Part shown: one piece after another, positions 1 to 8,794 of the stretch
How the letters are laid out: every line of letters begins with the position of its first letter
Numbering within the stretch: the stretch's first letter is position 1
DNA from: a virus
Virus record (IMG/VR): IMGVR_UViG_3300026488_000018
Location: 25,721-89,720 of that record
DNA: 64,000 nucleotides
Strand: one strand, 5' to 3'
The notes under the pieces: model-generated
Told to the model about the DNA's origin: nothing
The model's database searches: none
The model's input: only the letters and a program-made list of their open reading frames with translations
Program-made: the position numbers and the translations under genes

Positions 1-2
1 GG

Positions 3-650
3 GTGATAGTGCAAGCAGTAATAGACGGGCTAAGAGAAAGAAGAGGAAAGTACATAGCGTCGAAGAAGATAACGCCGAGTGAATATGTTGATTCGCTGAT
101 TTGGGGGTATTATGCACTGAAATATGAAAGCCCGTACAGTGGAATAGCCGAACAACTGAAGCCGGAATTCAGGGAATTTAGACGGCATCTACCAGATTGG
201 ATGCTGTATTATTTTGGATGGAAGAAGGATTATGATTTGAGTGACTATGATACAGGAGATATTGTTGAGATTGCATTTAAGATTCTCACTGGATGGACAA
301 TGAGCAAGAATGTTATTAAAGGTGGAAAGTTGAGATATGGGCAGAGAATATATGTCGAGGAGGATTTCAGGAATATTTTCGAGATTTCGAAGTTTATGGT
401 TGAGGATACGATAAATGATTTTAACGATATCGACGATTTAAAACCAGCTATACAATGGTTGAACATACTTAGTTGGACGGAGTATTTTGTAAACGATGTT
501 AATGAAATATATGACCAACTAGTTTCAAAGCTGCACGGCACCGATGATTCATGGGTGAGAGTTACTTTGTTTGGTGATAAGAACAGGGCGGAGAATGTGT
601 TGTATAAGGATTATAAGGCATGGATTATTTGGAGGGGTGCGGTGAGATGA
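3..650 (+). CDS. hypothetical protein
   Basis: 215-aa ORF in the co-directional gene run, overlapping the helicase start; no motif recognised. Confidence 0.6.
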   Translation: MIVQAVIDGLRERRGKYIASKKITPSEYVDSLIWGYYALKYESPYSGIAEQLKPEFREFRRHLPDWMLYYFGWKKDYDLSDYDTGDIVEIAFKILTGWTMSKNVIKGGKLRYGQRIYVEEDFRNIFEISKFMVEDTINDFNDIDDLKPAIQWLNILSWTEYFVNDVNEIYDQLVSKLHGTDDSWVRVTLFGDKNRAENVLYKDYKAWIIWRGAVR

Positions 651-2608
651 TTCCGGTTTCTAACCTTTCATTTTTTGTTGATGAGAGGATTGTTAAGATT
701 TTGGAGGATAACGGTTTTACGTATTTGTATAATTTTCAGTTCGAGGCAATAAAGAGAGGACTTGCGAATAATATTATCGTGAATATTCCAACTGGGGGCG
801 GAAAAACTCTTGTTGCCGAAGTTTTGATGATTGATTATTTGTTGAAAAATAAGGGAAAGAAAGTTGTGTATGTCGCACCGCTGAGGAGTTTAGTGCGTGA
901 GAAGTGGAATGATTTTAAGAAGTGGTATCCACTGGGAATTCGTGTTGGGATGGCGATGGGCGATTATTGGTTATCGGAAGGGTCGCTGAATAATAAGGAT
1001 ATCATTGTAACAACGTATCCGAAGTTTGTGTCATTAATTAATCACAGGGAGAGTTTTTTAGATAAAGTGGGGATGATTGTTATTGATGAGTTTCACACGA
1101 TGTCACCAGAAATAGAAATCATCGGTGCGTTTGCAAAGATGTATAATTGGCGTGTTGTCGCACTGAGTGCTACGGTCGGCAATATCGAACAGTTGGCGGA
1201 TTGGTTAGATGCTGTTATTTACAGGTCAGCAGACAGACCAATCAAACTTAGCGGCGGTATTGTTTTGAAGGGTAATATTATATGGATGGATGGAAGAGTG
1301 GAGAGAAAAGGAAGTAATTGGATTGATGTTGTTAAAGATTTTGTTTTAAATGGGTTGAGCGTTTTAGTTTTTACTAACGGGCGAAGAAAAGCTGAGAAGT
1401 ATGCTAAAATGATATCAATGGAATTACCGGTTATGAATGAGGATGTAGTTGTCCAGAATATAAGTGATTTTGTTGATATGGTTAGAAGAGGAGTTATGTT
1501 TCATCACGCTGGGTTAAATAACAAAGAGCGAAGTGAAGTTGAAGATTTATTTAGAAGCGGTATTTTGAGAGTATTGGTCGCGACGAAGACGCTTGCGATG
1601 GGCGTAAATCTCCCAGCCGACGTGGTATTGATTAAGGATGTTGTAACAATTGATGGGAAGAATGTTAAATATTTGGATGTGATGGATGTTTGGCAGATGC
1701 TTGGGCGCGCCGGGCGCAAAGGCAAAAGCAAGGTGGGCATTGGTTTGATATACGCAGGTAAAAAGAGTATGGTTTCAAAGTTGATAGATAGATATTTTGA
1801 GGGGAAAGTTGAAGATGCTAGGCCGAGTTTGTTTAAGATACTGTCTGATGCAGTTGTATCGTTTTTAGCATATAAAGGTAGAGCAACAATGGAGGATATT
1901 TTAGATTTTGTGGATTGTACTTATACAGGGAGTATTAATGATAACGTGTTATTAGTAGCAACAAGAGTTATTGATACTCTCCAGCGTGATAACATTATTC
2001 GTTTAGTTGGAGATTATTATGTGTTGACAGATGATGGTAAATTGTTAGCGAGACTATTTATTAGCAAGGAAACATTCGATAAGTTTAAGAATGCTCAGGT
2101 GAACGATATATTTGATGTGTTATGGAATGTAGTAAATGCGAAAGAGTTTAGTTTGCCGAAAGTTAGCAAAAATGAGTATGCGAAGTATGAGCATATTGGG
2201 TGGATTTATGGTTTCAATGTTTATAAGTTGGACGAGAGTACTTTGTCTGTTGCAAAGGCAATAGCAATTATAATGGATTGGATAGATGGGGCGGAATTGA
2301 GGGATATTGAGAAAAAGTATAAAGTGGGATATGGCGATTTGAAGATTATGTTGGAGACAGCGGAGTGGTTAAGTTACGCCATTTATAAGGTGAGGGAGTT
2401 TTACAAATTGGATGGTGTTGATATTTGCTCGGATATGGTTTGGATGGTTAAGTATGGCGTACCGAGGGAGTTGGTACCGTTTGTAAAGAGGAGAGGCATT
2501 GGCAGGAAGAGAGCATTTCAGTTATTTGAAATAGAGAAGGCGAAAAGAAACGAGAACAAGCACTCCCAACGCGGTATTATATCTTATTGGGTTATGGGTG
2601 GTGGATAA
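620..2608 (+). CDS. Ski2-like SF2 DNA helicase (Hel308/Hjm family); probable start ATG 647
   Basis: Walker A IPTGGGKT, YVAPLRSL, DEFH, LSAT, FHHAGL, TLAMGVNLPA, QMLGRAGR; C-terminal HhH-like GIGRKRA. Confidence 0.92.
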   Translation: MDYLEGCGEMIPVSNLSFFVDERIVKILEDNGFTYLYNFQFEAIKRGLANNIIVNIPTGGGKTLVAEVLMIDYLLKNKGKKVVYVAPLRSLVREKWNDFKKWYPLGIRVGMAMGDYWLSEGSLNNKDIIVTTYPKFVSLINHRESFLDKVGMIVIDEFHTMSPEIEIIGAFAKMYNWRVVALSATVGNIEQLADWLDAVIYRSADRPIKLSGGIVLKGNIIWMDGRVERKGSNWIDVVKDFVLNGLSVLVFTNGRRKAEKYAKMISMELPVMNEDVVVQNISDFVDMVRRGVMFHHAGLNNKERSEVEDLFRSGILRVLVATKTLAMGVNLPADVVLIKDVVTIDGKNVKYLDVMDVWQMLGRAGRKGKSKVGIGLIYAGKKSMVSKLIDRYFEGKVEDARPSLFKILSDAVVSFLAYKGRATMEDILDFVDCTYTGSINDNVLLVATRVIDTLQRDNIIRLVGDYYVLTDDGKLLARLFISKETFDKFKNAQVNDIFDVLWNVVNAKEFSLPKVSKNEYAKYEHIGWIYGFNVYKLDESTLSVAKAIAIIMDWIDGAELRDIEKKYKVGYGDLKIMLETAEWLSYAIYKVREFYKLDGVDICSDMVWMVKYGVPRELVPFVKRRGIGRKRAFQLFEIEKAKRNENKHSQRGIISYWVMGGG

Positions 2609-3467
2609 TATGAAGTGTCCGTTATGTGGGGGAAGGGTATTCAAGTATGACGCGACACGGGATGAAGTTTATTGTGTTAATTGTGGATATGTTTTATCAA
2701 CATCAGAAAAAATGGAGTTTATAGCGGAAATGAGTCAGAAAACACGGCGAGCAGTTGAGCCCCCCGGAAGTGTATTTAACGGTAGCGGGCGATATCGAAG
2801 ATTAAGCAGGATTAATAACAAGAATGATTTGAGCACGTATCGGATTTTAGTTTTACAGAAAGTAAAAAACGTTGTTAGAAATCTTAGGTTACCAGATGTT
2901 GTTTATGAGTGGGTGGCAAGAGAACTGAAGTCTCATGATTGGAATTGGTATTCCGGTTTAGTAGCCGCATTGCTGTGGATAGGTGCATTTAAGCACGGGT
3001 ATTATATTGAAGTGTATAAGATTGCAGAAGAATTTGAAGTGAGCGTTAAATCGGTTAGAAAATGGTATAGGTTTTTATTGAATAATGGTTATGATATGGT
3101 GATGGCAACAAGTTCTAAAATTTTGGAGAATAGGCTGAGAAACGGGGATGAAAGTTATTGTGTGAGATGTTGTGTGAGGAAGATGTATAGTATGTTGGGG
3201 GATATGGCCATATCAAAAGGCCTATCACCAGGATTATATATCGACAGTCTGTTTTTGTTATGCAAACTGTATTGTGATACGGAAGGGAGATATACCAGGT
3301 TGTATATTGATAATAGGCATAATATTTCGAGTTATAGAACGAGTGTTAAGAGGGTTTTTGATAAATTGGGTTTGGATAGCACCAGACTTAGTGTTAAAAA
3401 TGTAAAAAGTGAAATGGAAAGGTTATTGGGGGGTGTATGTCGTGACAGCGGTGATGAATCCGGCTGA
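2598..3467 (+). CDS. tfb: viral transcription initiation factor B (TFB/TFIIB-like); probable start ATG 2610
   Basis: N-terminal Zn ribbon CPLCGG...EVYCVNCGYVL followed by cyclin-like repeat (LRLPDVV...GLVAALLWI...IAEEFEVSVKSVRKWY). Confidence 0.8.
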   Translation: MVDNMKCPLCGGRVFKYDATRDEVYCVNCGYVLSTSEKMEFIAEMSQKTRRAVEPPGSVFNGSGRYRRLSRINNKNDLSTYRILVLQKVKNVVRNLRLPDVVYEWVARELKSHDWNWYSGLVAALLWIGAFKHGYYIEVYKIAEEFEVSVKSVRKWYRFLLNNGYDMVMATSSKILENRLRNGDESYCVRCCVRKMYSMLGDMAISKGLSPGLYIDSLFLLCKLYCDTEGRYTRLYIDNRHNISSYRTSVKRVFDKLGLDSTRLSVKNVKSEMERLLGGVCRDSGDESG

Positions 3468-3927
3468 ATGGGAAGAGAGGGTTATTGTTAAGAGAAGTGA
3501 AAATACCAAAAGAGCGCAGAATGGTGTTGATTTGACTGTTTATAAAATAATGAGGCACAAGAGCCCAGCGTATTTGTATGAGGATAAATCGAAGATAGTT
3601 CATTCGGAAAAGGAAGAGGTTAAGCCAGATGAAAGCGGAATGATTTATCTTGAGCCGGGTGTATATGAAATTTGGTTCGGTGAAGTTGTTGAAATTCCCC
3701 CGGGTGCAAGCGGTTTCATTCTTCAGAGGAGCACGCTGAGTAGGAATGGGGTATTTATTCGGAGTGCATGGTATGATAGCGGGTTTAGAGGAAGAGCTGA
3801 GGCACTCATGATTGTCGGAAATCCGGTTTATATTGAGCTGGGGATGAGGGTAGCGCAGTTGATTTTGTTTGAGAGTGATGAGGCTGAGCTTTACAACGGA
3901 ACGTACAAGGACCAGGACGTGGATTGA
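3409..3927 (+). CDS. dUTPase/dCTP deaminase family; probable start about 3454
   Basis: NGVDLT, QRSTLSRNG, YDSGFRG, GMRVAQL, YNGTY motifs of trimeric dUTPase/Dcd. Confidence 0.88.
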   Translation: MKWKGYWGVYVVTAVMNPAEWEERVIVKRSENTKRAQNGVDLTVYKIMRHKSPAYLYEDKSKIVHSEKEEVKPDESGMIYLEPGVYEIWFGEVVEIPPGASGFILQRSTLSRNGVFIRSAWYDSGFRGRAEALMIVGNPVYIELGMRVAQLILFESDEAELYNGTYKDQDVD

Positions 3928-4244
3928 TTTTTAAACTTTTCTTTGCAATTTTTTATGGAGGTGTTTCTGTGGAATATTACGAGAATGAAATAATAGTTGG
4001 CTATTTTAACGTCGGCAAACCACTGATAATCACCCGAGTATTGAATACAGACGGTGAAGTTATAGACGGTTTTTTTAGGTTTTATTTAGATGGAGACGTT
4101 ATTTTTGAGATGGATGTTGGCGATGTGGTTTTGATGAGTGATATTTTGAGGGATAACGCAAAAGACTTGTACACAGAGATGATTAACGGTGCGGTGTCTC
4201 TTTCACAGGATAACGGTTTGAAGGATGATAATATGTATAGGTGA
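3924..4244 (+). CDS. hypothetical protein (probable start GTG 3969 after GGAGGTG)
   Basis: ORF with RBS and upstream TTTAAA box. Confidence 0.6.
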   Translation: MIFKLFFAIFYGGVSVEYYENEIIVGYFNVGKPLIITRVLNTDGEVIDGFFRFYLDGDVIFEMDVGDVVLMSDILRDNAKDLYTEMINGAVSLSQDNGLKDDNMYR

Positions 4245-6430
4245 TAGTGATGAGCCGAAATAAAGAAAGTGCTAGCGCCGCTGATGCGAATGCAATTTTG
4301 GCGAAATATAAAATATCTGTTACCGAGTGTGATGATGTCCCCGCCGAAGAGAGGGTTTATTTAAGTGCTGTTGATTTGGAGAGATGGGTTAGAAGATATG
4401 GCGCAACCGGGTTATGCAGGGGTCCAAGAGGCGGTATTTTTGTTAGGCTTAGTGATTATAAAAAATTGGGTGGGGCGTTACAATCTAGTGGGGAAATCGA
4501 TGAAGATGTTGCACTGAAGAGGTTAGAGAAGAAAAAAGTTAAAGTGGAATTTATCGAAAGTGGTAAATATGATGCAGAAGTTTATGATATTTTGGGTCAG
4601 AATTATATTGTAGCAAAGAATTTTGACATATTTAGTAATGTAATGCAGAAGAAATATTCTGGAAATGGGAAGGAAATAGCTGCAGCAATGCTGAGAGATA
4701 TGATTAATAGGTTGTACGGAATGTCTGAAGGCGATATGTTTTTAAGTCAGGATTACAGTAACGTTGATATTAGAAATATACACCTGATTGAGAATGGAGT
4801 AAAGAGTTTTTACGGGCTGATGATTTTGTCGATGCCGGACGAACTGTTTAATATAATGTGTAAATATGCAAAGACATTAAAAGATAATGGCAGTGTATCT
4901 GCTTCAGTCTTTACTAGAGATGAACAAGAGTATTTGTACAGCATATTTAATGTGAAAAATTGGCAACTAATAGATTTTTCATTGAAGAAGTTTTTGTTTA
5001 CAGGTTATAGTGCGTTTAGTAGATGTGATGATGTGAGTAATATTAGGAGTAATTTGGGTGATGATGTCTGGGATGTTTTGAGTGGATTGAAAAGTGTTAT
5101 GGATATAATAAAGGATGATTCCTTTAGTTTGTACAATTTTGGGTTTTTCTTATCGAAGTTTGTAATGGTTAGAAAAAGTAAAGGGAAAACAACAACAATT
5201 TTGAAGACTGATAACATAGGGAATGTTTGGGAAGATTTTTTCAAGTTTAAAAAGAAAGGATTTCTATTGGTTCGTGTTGGAGATGATTTGAAGAATGCTG
5301 TTGATGGTGATAAAACGTTTGTAGAGACTATAGTTAAACCAAGTTTTGTGATATACGGAATTTTGAGAGGCGCAGGCGTTAGTAGTAAATCAGCATGGGC
5401 AGTTTCGAAAGGCGTTAGTGTTATGGCACAGCGAACATACGGCAATTTTAACGGGATTGCACCATATTTGGATTGGTATTTGCAGAAGTTTGTGACAGGG
5501 AACGGACGACCAGTGAGAGTTCCAAATAAGTTTTCTCCAGGGATTGGGAAACTTATAAAGGCGTTGGATAATTTTGTAACCCCGATGGATTTGGGTATTT
5601 ATTTGAACTTTGTGAGAAATTATGTAAAAGAGAGGCACGGTGAACAGGTTGAAGTATATAGGAATTTAAATTTGTTTGAGGGAAGTATATTTTTAGCAAA
5701 CAATATCGCCAAAGTAGCCGACAGAGTATTGTTTAAGGATGAAAAGAGAGGGGAGAAGTATTTGAATGCATTGATGAAAGACGGTAATGTTATCAAAGGT
5801 TATACGTTGTCGACGAGTGTTAATAGAAATGATGTTGAAAAGTTTTTGCAGAGGGGATGGACGAGCGGCGTGTTGGCGAAGGCAACTATAAAGAGTGACA
5901 GCGTTGTTGGCGGGTATTTTGTTGCGGGTGGAGGTTATGTGGATGATTCAGAATTGACAGTTGAAGTTTCACATGATGGAATTAAGTTTGAGACAGTTAC
6001 GATTATACCAAAGAGACCATTGGAAAGGGGCGTATTAAGTCTGGCAGGAAAGGCGGAGAAACCTGAATTGGGCGATTATGTTAGAGATTTTATGAACTCA
6101 CTAATATTAGGGATATCACAGGTATCATATGGAAATGCAGATTATGATGAGTATATTGACGCTATATTAGGGGGACTATATGTTTATCATAAGGTGGGTG
6201 AAAAGCTGTATGGGAATGAATTTATTGAGAAAATAAAGAATGAACATCTGTGGAATAGGGTATTTGAGGCAACTATTATCGGGATTGGTGGTAACAGAAC
6301 GATAATTCCAAGCGGGAGCAAAGGTAAATACAGACCATTAAGTGTTTTAAAGTGGAAAGATAAGTTGGTGAGATTTTATAAGGATATAGGTTTGAACGAT
6401 GTCGCAGATATAATAGAGAAGGTGGTCTGA
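4241..6430 (+). CDS. putative virion-associated ADP-ribosyltransferase (R-S-E clade) with N-terminal GPRGG module
   Basis: C-terminal third has EVYRN ... TLSTSVNRNDVEKF ... DDSELTV (R, STS, E motifs); N-terminal VPAEERVY...CRGPRGGIFV module shared with 35277..37625; two genes upstream of portal. Confidence 0.6.
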   Translation: MIVMSRNKESASAADANAILAKYKISVTECDDVPAEERVYLSAVDLERWVRRYGATGLCRGPRGGIFVRLSDYKKLGGALQSSGEIDEDVALKRLEKKKVKVEFIESGKYDAEVYDILGQNYIVAKNFDIFSNVMQKKYSGNGKEIAAAMLRDMINRLYGMSEGDMFLSQDYSNVDIRNIHLIENGVKSFYGLMILSMPDELFNIMCKYAKTLKDNGSVSASVFTRDEQEYLYSIFNVKNWQLIDFSLKKFLFTGYSAFSRCDDVSNIRSNLGDDVWDVLSGLKSVMDIIKDDSFSLYNFGFFLSKFVMVRKSKGKTTTILKTDNIGNVWEDFFKFKKKGFLLVRVGDDLKNAVDGDKTFVETIVKPSFVIYGILRGAGVSSKSAWAVSKGVSVMAQRTYGNFNGIAPYLDWYLQKFVTGNGRPVRVPNKFSPGIGKLIKALDNFVTPMDLGIYLNFVRNYVKERHGEQVEVYRNLNLFEGSIFLANNIAKVADRVLFKDEKRGEKYLNALMKDGNVIKGYTLSTSVNRNDVEKFLQRGWTSGVLAKATIKSDSVVGGYFVAGGGYVDDSELTVEVSHDGIKFETVTIIPKRPLERGVLSLAGKAEKPELGDYVRDFMNSLILGISQVSYGNADYDEYIDAILGGLYVYHKVGEKLYGNEFIEKIKNEHLWNRVFEATIIGIGGNRTIIPSGSKGKYRPLSVLKWKDKLVRFYKDIGLNDVADIIEKVV

Positions 6431-6431
6431 A

Positions 6432-6689
6432 ATGTATAGCGACACGTATTTATACCCAATAGGTGATGATGATTGGGTTTTTAGTAAAATTACGAACGCG
6501 TTGGATATTAGTATTGTTGATAGAGAGGAGTTTAGAGTGTTTGAAGTTGATGAGTTAATTTTAACGGAGTTGATATATTTGAATCCGTTAATACCAGTGT
6601 TTACAGATGGGCGCGGGTATTATGTCGTTGCTAAAAAGGGCAGTGAAGAAGAAAAAATGTTGGAGGTGTTGATTAATGGGGTTGTTTGA
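6432..6689 (+). CDS. small acidic protein (possible partner/immunity protein of upstream ART)
   Basis: 85-aa ORF starting 1 nt after the ART stop and overlapping the portal start; function inferred from position only. Confidence 0.55.
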   Translation: MYSDTYLYPIGDDDWVFSKITNALDISIVDREEFRVFEVDELILTELIYLNPLIPVFTDGRGYYVVAKKGSEEEKMLEVLINGVV

Positions 6690-8751
6690 TTTCTTTTTGA
6701 ATAGGCGTGAGATTAAGAAAAACGGTGATGAACCGGAGGTGGAAATAGAATTTGCGAAGGATGGAACATTTAATGCATTAATGTATGCAGGAACAGATAA
6801 TTTGTTTGATATAAAGGGTCCACTCGATTTTAGGGGGATAAATAAGAGTGCTGTTCAGGCGGGCGTAAGCGGGTTAGCGTTAGTCCCAATTTTACCGTTT
6901 AGTTACGAGTATGTAGAAAGCCTTTATTACAATAGCGATATACTGAGAACGGTTATAACGGTATTGTTGAATGAGACGTTCGGGAATGGGTTGAGTGTTA
7001 AACCGAAGTTTACGAAGAAGTGTTTGGTATGCGGTGCAACGTATGATGAGGATGTCGATGTGTGTGAGGCTTGTGGGTCACATAGATTGGTGGGCCCCAA
7101 TGAGAATGAACGGAAAATTTTAGAGAAGTTCATAGAAAAGGCGAATATTAATAATCAACCCTTGATTGATGTGCTGAGGGATTTAGACCACAATTTGAAT
7201 GTATTTGATAACGCGTATTTGATTGTTAGAAAGAAATACGAGTATAATGACAATGGTGATTTGATAGCAGAAAAACCACTTGAGATATACAGCGGTGACC
7301 CGAAGCGTATTTATTTGGTTATGAGTAGTGATGGTCGTCCGGGTCTTACGCGCGATGGTAAGAATATGGTTTTTGTCTGTCCTGAGCACAGAGATGAGCC
7401 AGTATTGGTTCCAGTAGAGAAGTTATTGGAAGACCCTGATTATATTCCAAGGTGTCCGAAGTGCGGGCGGAAGATGCATAAGGCTGTAGCAGTTTATGAT
7501 GTAGGAGGAAGCAAGTATTTTTTTATTGATGGTGAAATTCTTCATTTGAAGAAGTTTACGCCCGGTATTGGATACGGGTACCCGCCGATAATTACACTGT
7601 TGAAGAAATTGCTTATATTGATTAAGCAGGATTCGTTTATTTTAATGGCTTATCATATGCAGAGACCGCCGCGCGGGCTCCTTGTGTTGAGAGCAGATAG
7701 GAATGCTGTTGCTAAGGCATTTATGACTGCGCGCAGTGAGGCTTATAAGAACCCATGGAATATTGTGCCGTTGGTTATTTCAGGCCCGGAGAAGGTTGTT
7801 GGGAAACGTGTAGTTGAGTGGCTTGATTTGAGTTATAAACCAGATGAAGTGACATTTACCGCGTATCGCAATGAGGTAAGACGCGTTGTTGCAAGTATGT
7901 GGCAAATTAGCCCAATTTTCCAGGGTGAGGTTAATACTGGTATTTCTAATGAGGGGTTACAAGTTACGATAACAAATAGAGCGATTATGCGTGAACAGGC
8001 TTTGATAAATAATGTGTTGAAGTGGCTGGTTAAGCAGTTGAAGGTTAATGATTGGGTTATAGAGTTAAATCCCAATGAGCCAATGGATATTTCACGCAAG
8101 CTCGACAGAATACGCCGCCGTATTGATATAGTAAAGGAGCTGGAAGAGCTCGGGTATGAAGTTGAGTTAATCCCAACGGGTGTTGACGGTATTGACTTTA
8201 AGTTCGATGGGAAGATTGAACCAAGTAAGAGGTTGAAGAGAGCGATTGAATTGTATGCAAAGAGGAAGGGGTATAGGATTAATGTTGATGATTTTATTGA
8301 AGTAATTGATGTTCTGCCGAAGGTAGGTTTAACGTTTGAGTCGTTTAAGAGGTTAATGTTGCTTGCTGAGTTGGTTGGCGGGGTTGAGAACATTATTAGA
8401 AATGTTGAGCAGGTGTTGAATATTCCACCGCTTGAGCAGATTTTGTATAGGATAAAGTATCCAGACGCTGCGAGTAATTACGAGCAGGGTGGTGTACAGA
8501 TGCTGCAAGATAACCAACAAGAAGTATTATCCCAGGAGCAGGGTATTGAAGAGAACAATGAAGGGGGTTCGTTAACGTTTGAGGATTGGCTAAATGAATT
8601 ATTAAATGAAAGTGACGAAGTAGAAGGACAGCCAGCAGAGAGCGGTGTTAAAATGTTTAATTCAGAGGAGGGTGAGAAGTTTGAGGGGCAACCTGAGATG
8701 AATAGAAAGGAGATGCCCGGTATGGAGCATCTATACGAGAGAAGAGAGTGA
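6676..8751 (+). CDS. portal protein with two Zn-ribbon insertions
   Basis: portal-like motifs (LNVFDNAYLIV, EILHLKKF..GYGYPPI, PPRGLLVL, RRVVASMWQISP); CLVC..CEAC and CPEH..CPKC insertions; directly upstream of prohead protease. Confidence 0.85.
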   Translation: MGLFDFFLNRREIKKNGDEPEVEIEFAKDGTFNALMYAGTDNLFDIKGPLDFRGINKSAVQAGVSGLALVPILPFSYEYVESLYYNSDILRTVITVLLNETFGNGLSVKPKFTKKCLVCGATYDEDVDVCEACGSHRLVGPNENERKILEKFIEKANINNQPLIDVLRDLDHNLNVFDNAYLIVRKKYEYNDNGDLIAEKPLEIYSGDPKRIYLVMSSDGRPGLTRDGKNMVFVCPEHRDEPVLVPVEKLLEDPDYIPRCPKCGRKMHKAVAVYDVGGSKYFFIDGEILHLKKFTPGIGYGYPPIITLLKKLLILIKQDSFILMAYHMQRPPRGLLVLRADRNAVAKAFMTARSEAYKNPWNIVPLVISGPEKVVGKRVVEWLDLSYKPDEVTFTAYRNEVRRVVASMWQISPIFQGEVNTGISNEGLQVTITNRAIMREQALINNVLKWLVKQLKVNDWVIELNPNEPMDISRKLDRIRRRIDIVKELEELGYEVELIPTGVDGIDFKFDGKIEPSKRLKRAIELYAKRKGYRINVDDFIEVIDVLPKVGLTFESFKRLMLLAELVGGVENIIRNVEQVLNIPPLEQILYRIKYPDAASNYEQGGVQMLQDNQQEVLSQEQGIEENNEGGSLTFEDWLNELLNESDEVEGQPAESGVKMFNSEEGEKFEGQPEMNRKEMPGMEHLYERRE

Positions 8752-8794
8752 GGTTTTTATATTTTCTTTTTGAAATAATGTTGGTGGTGATATA

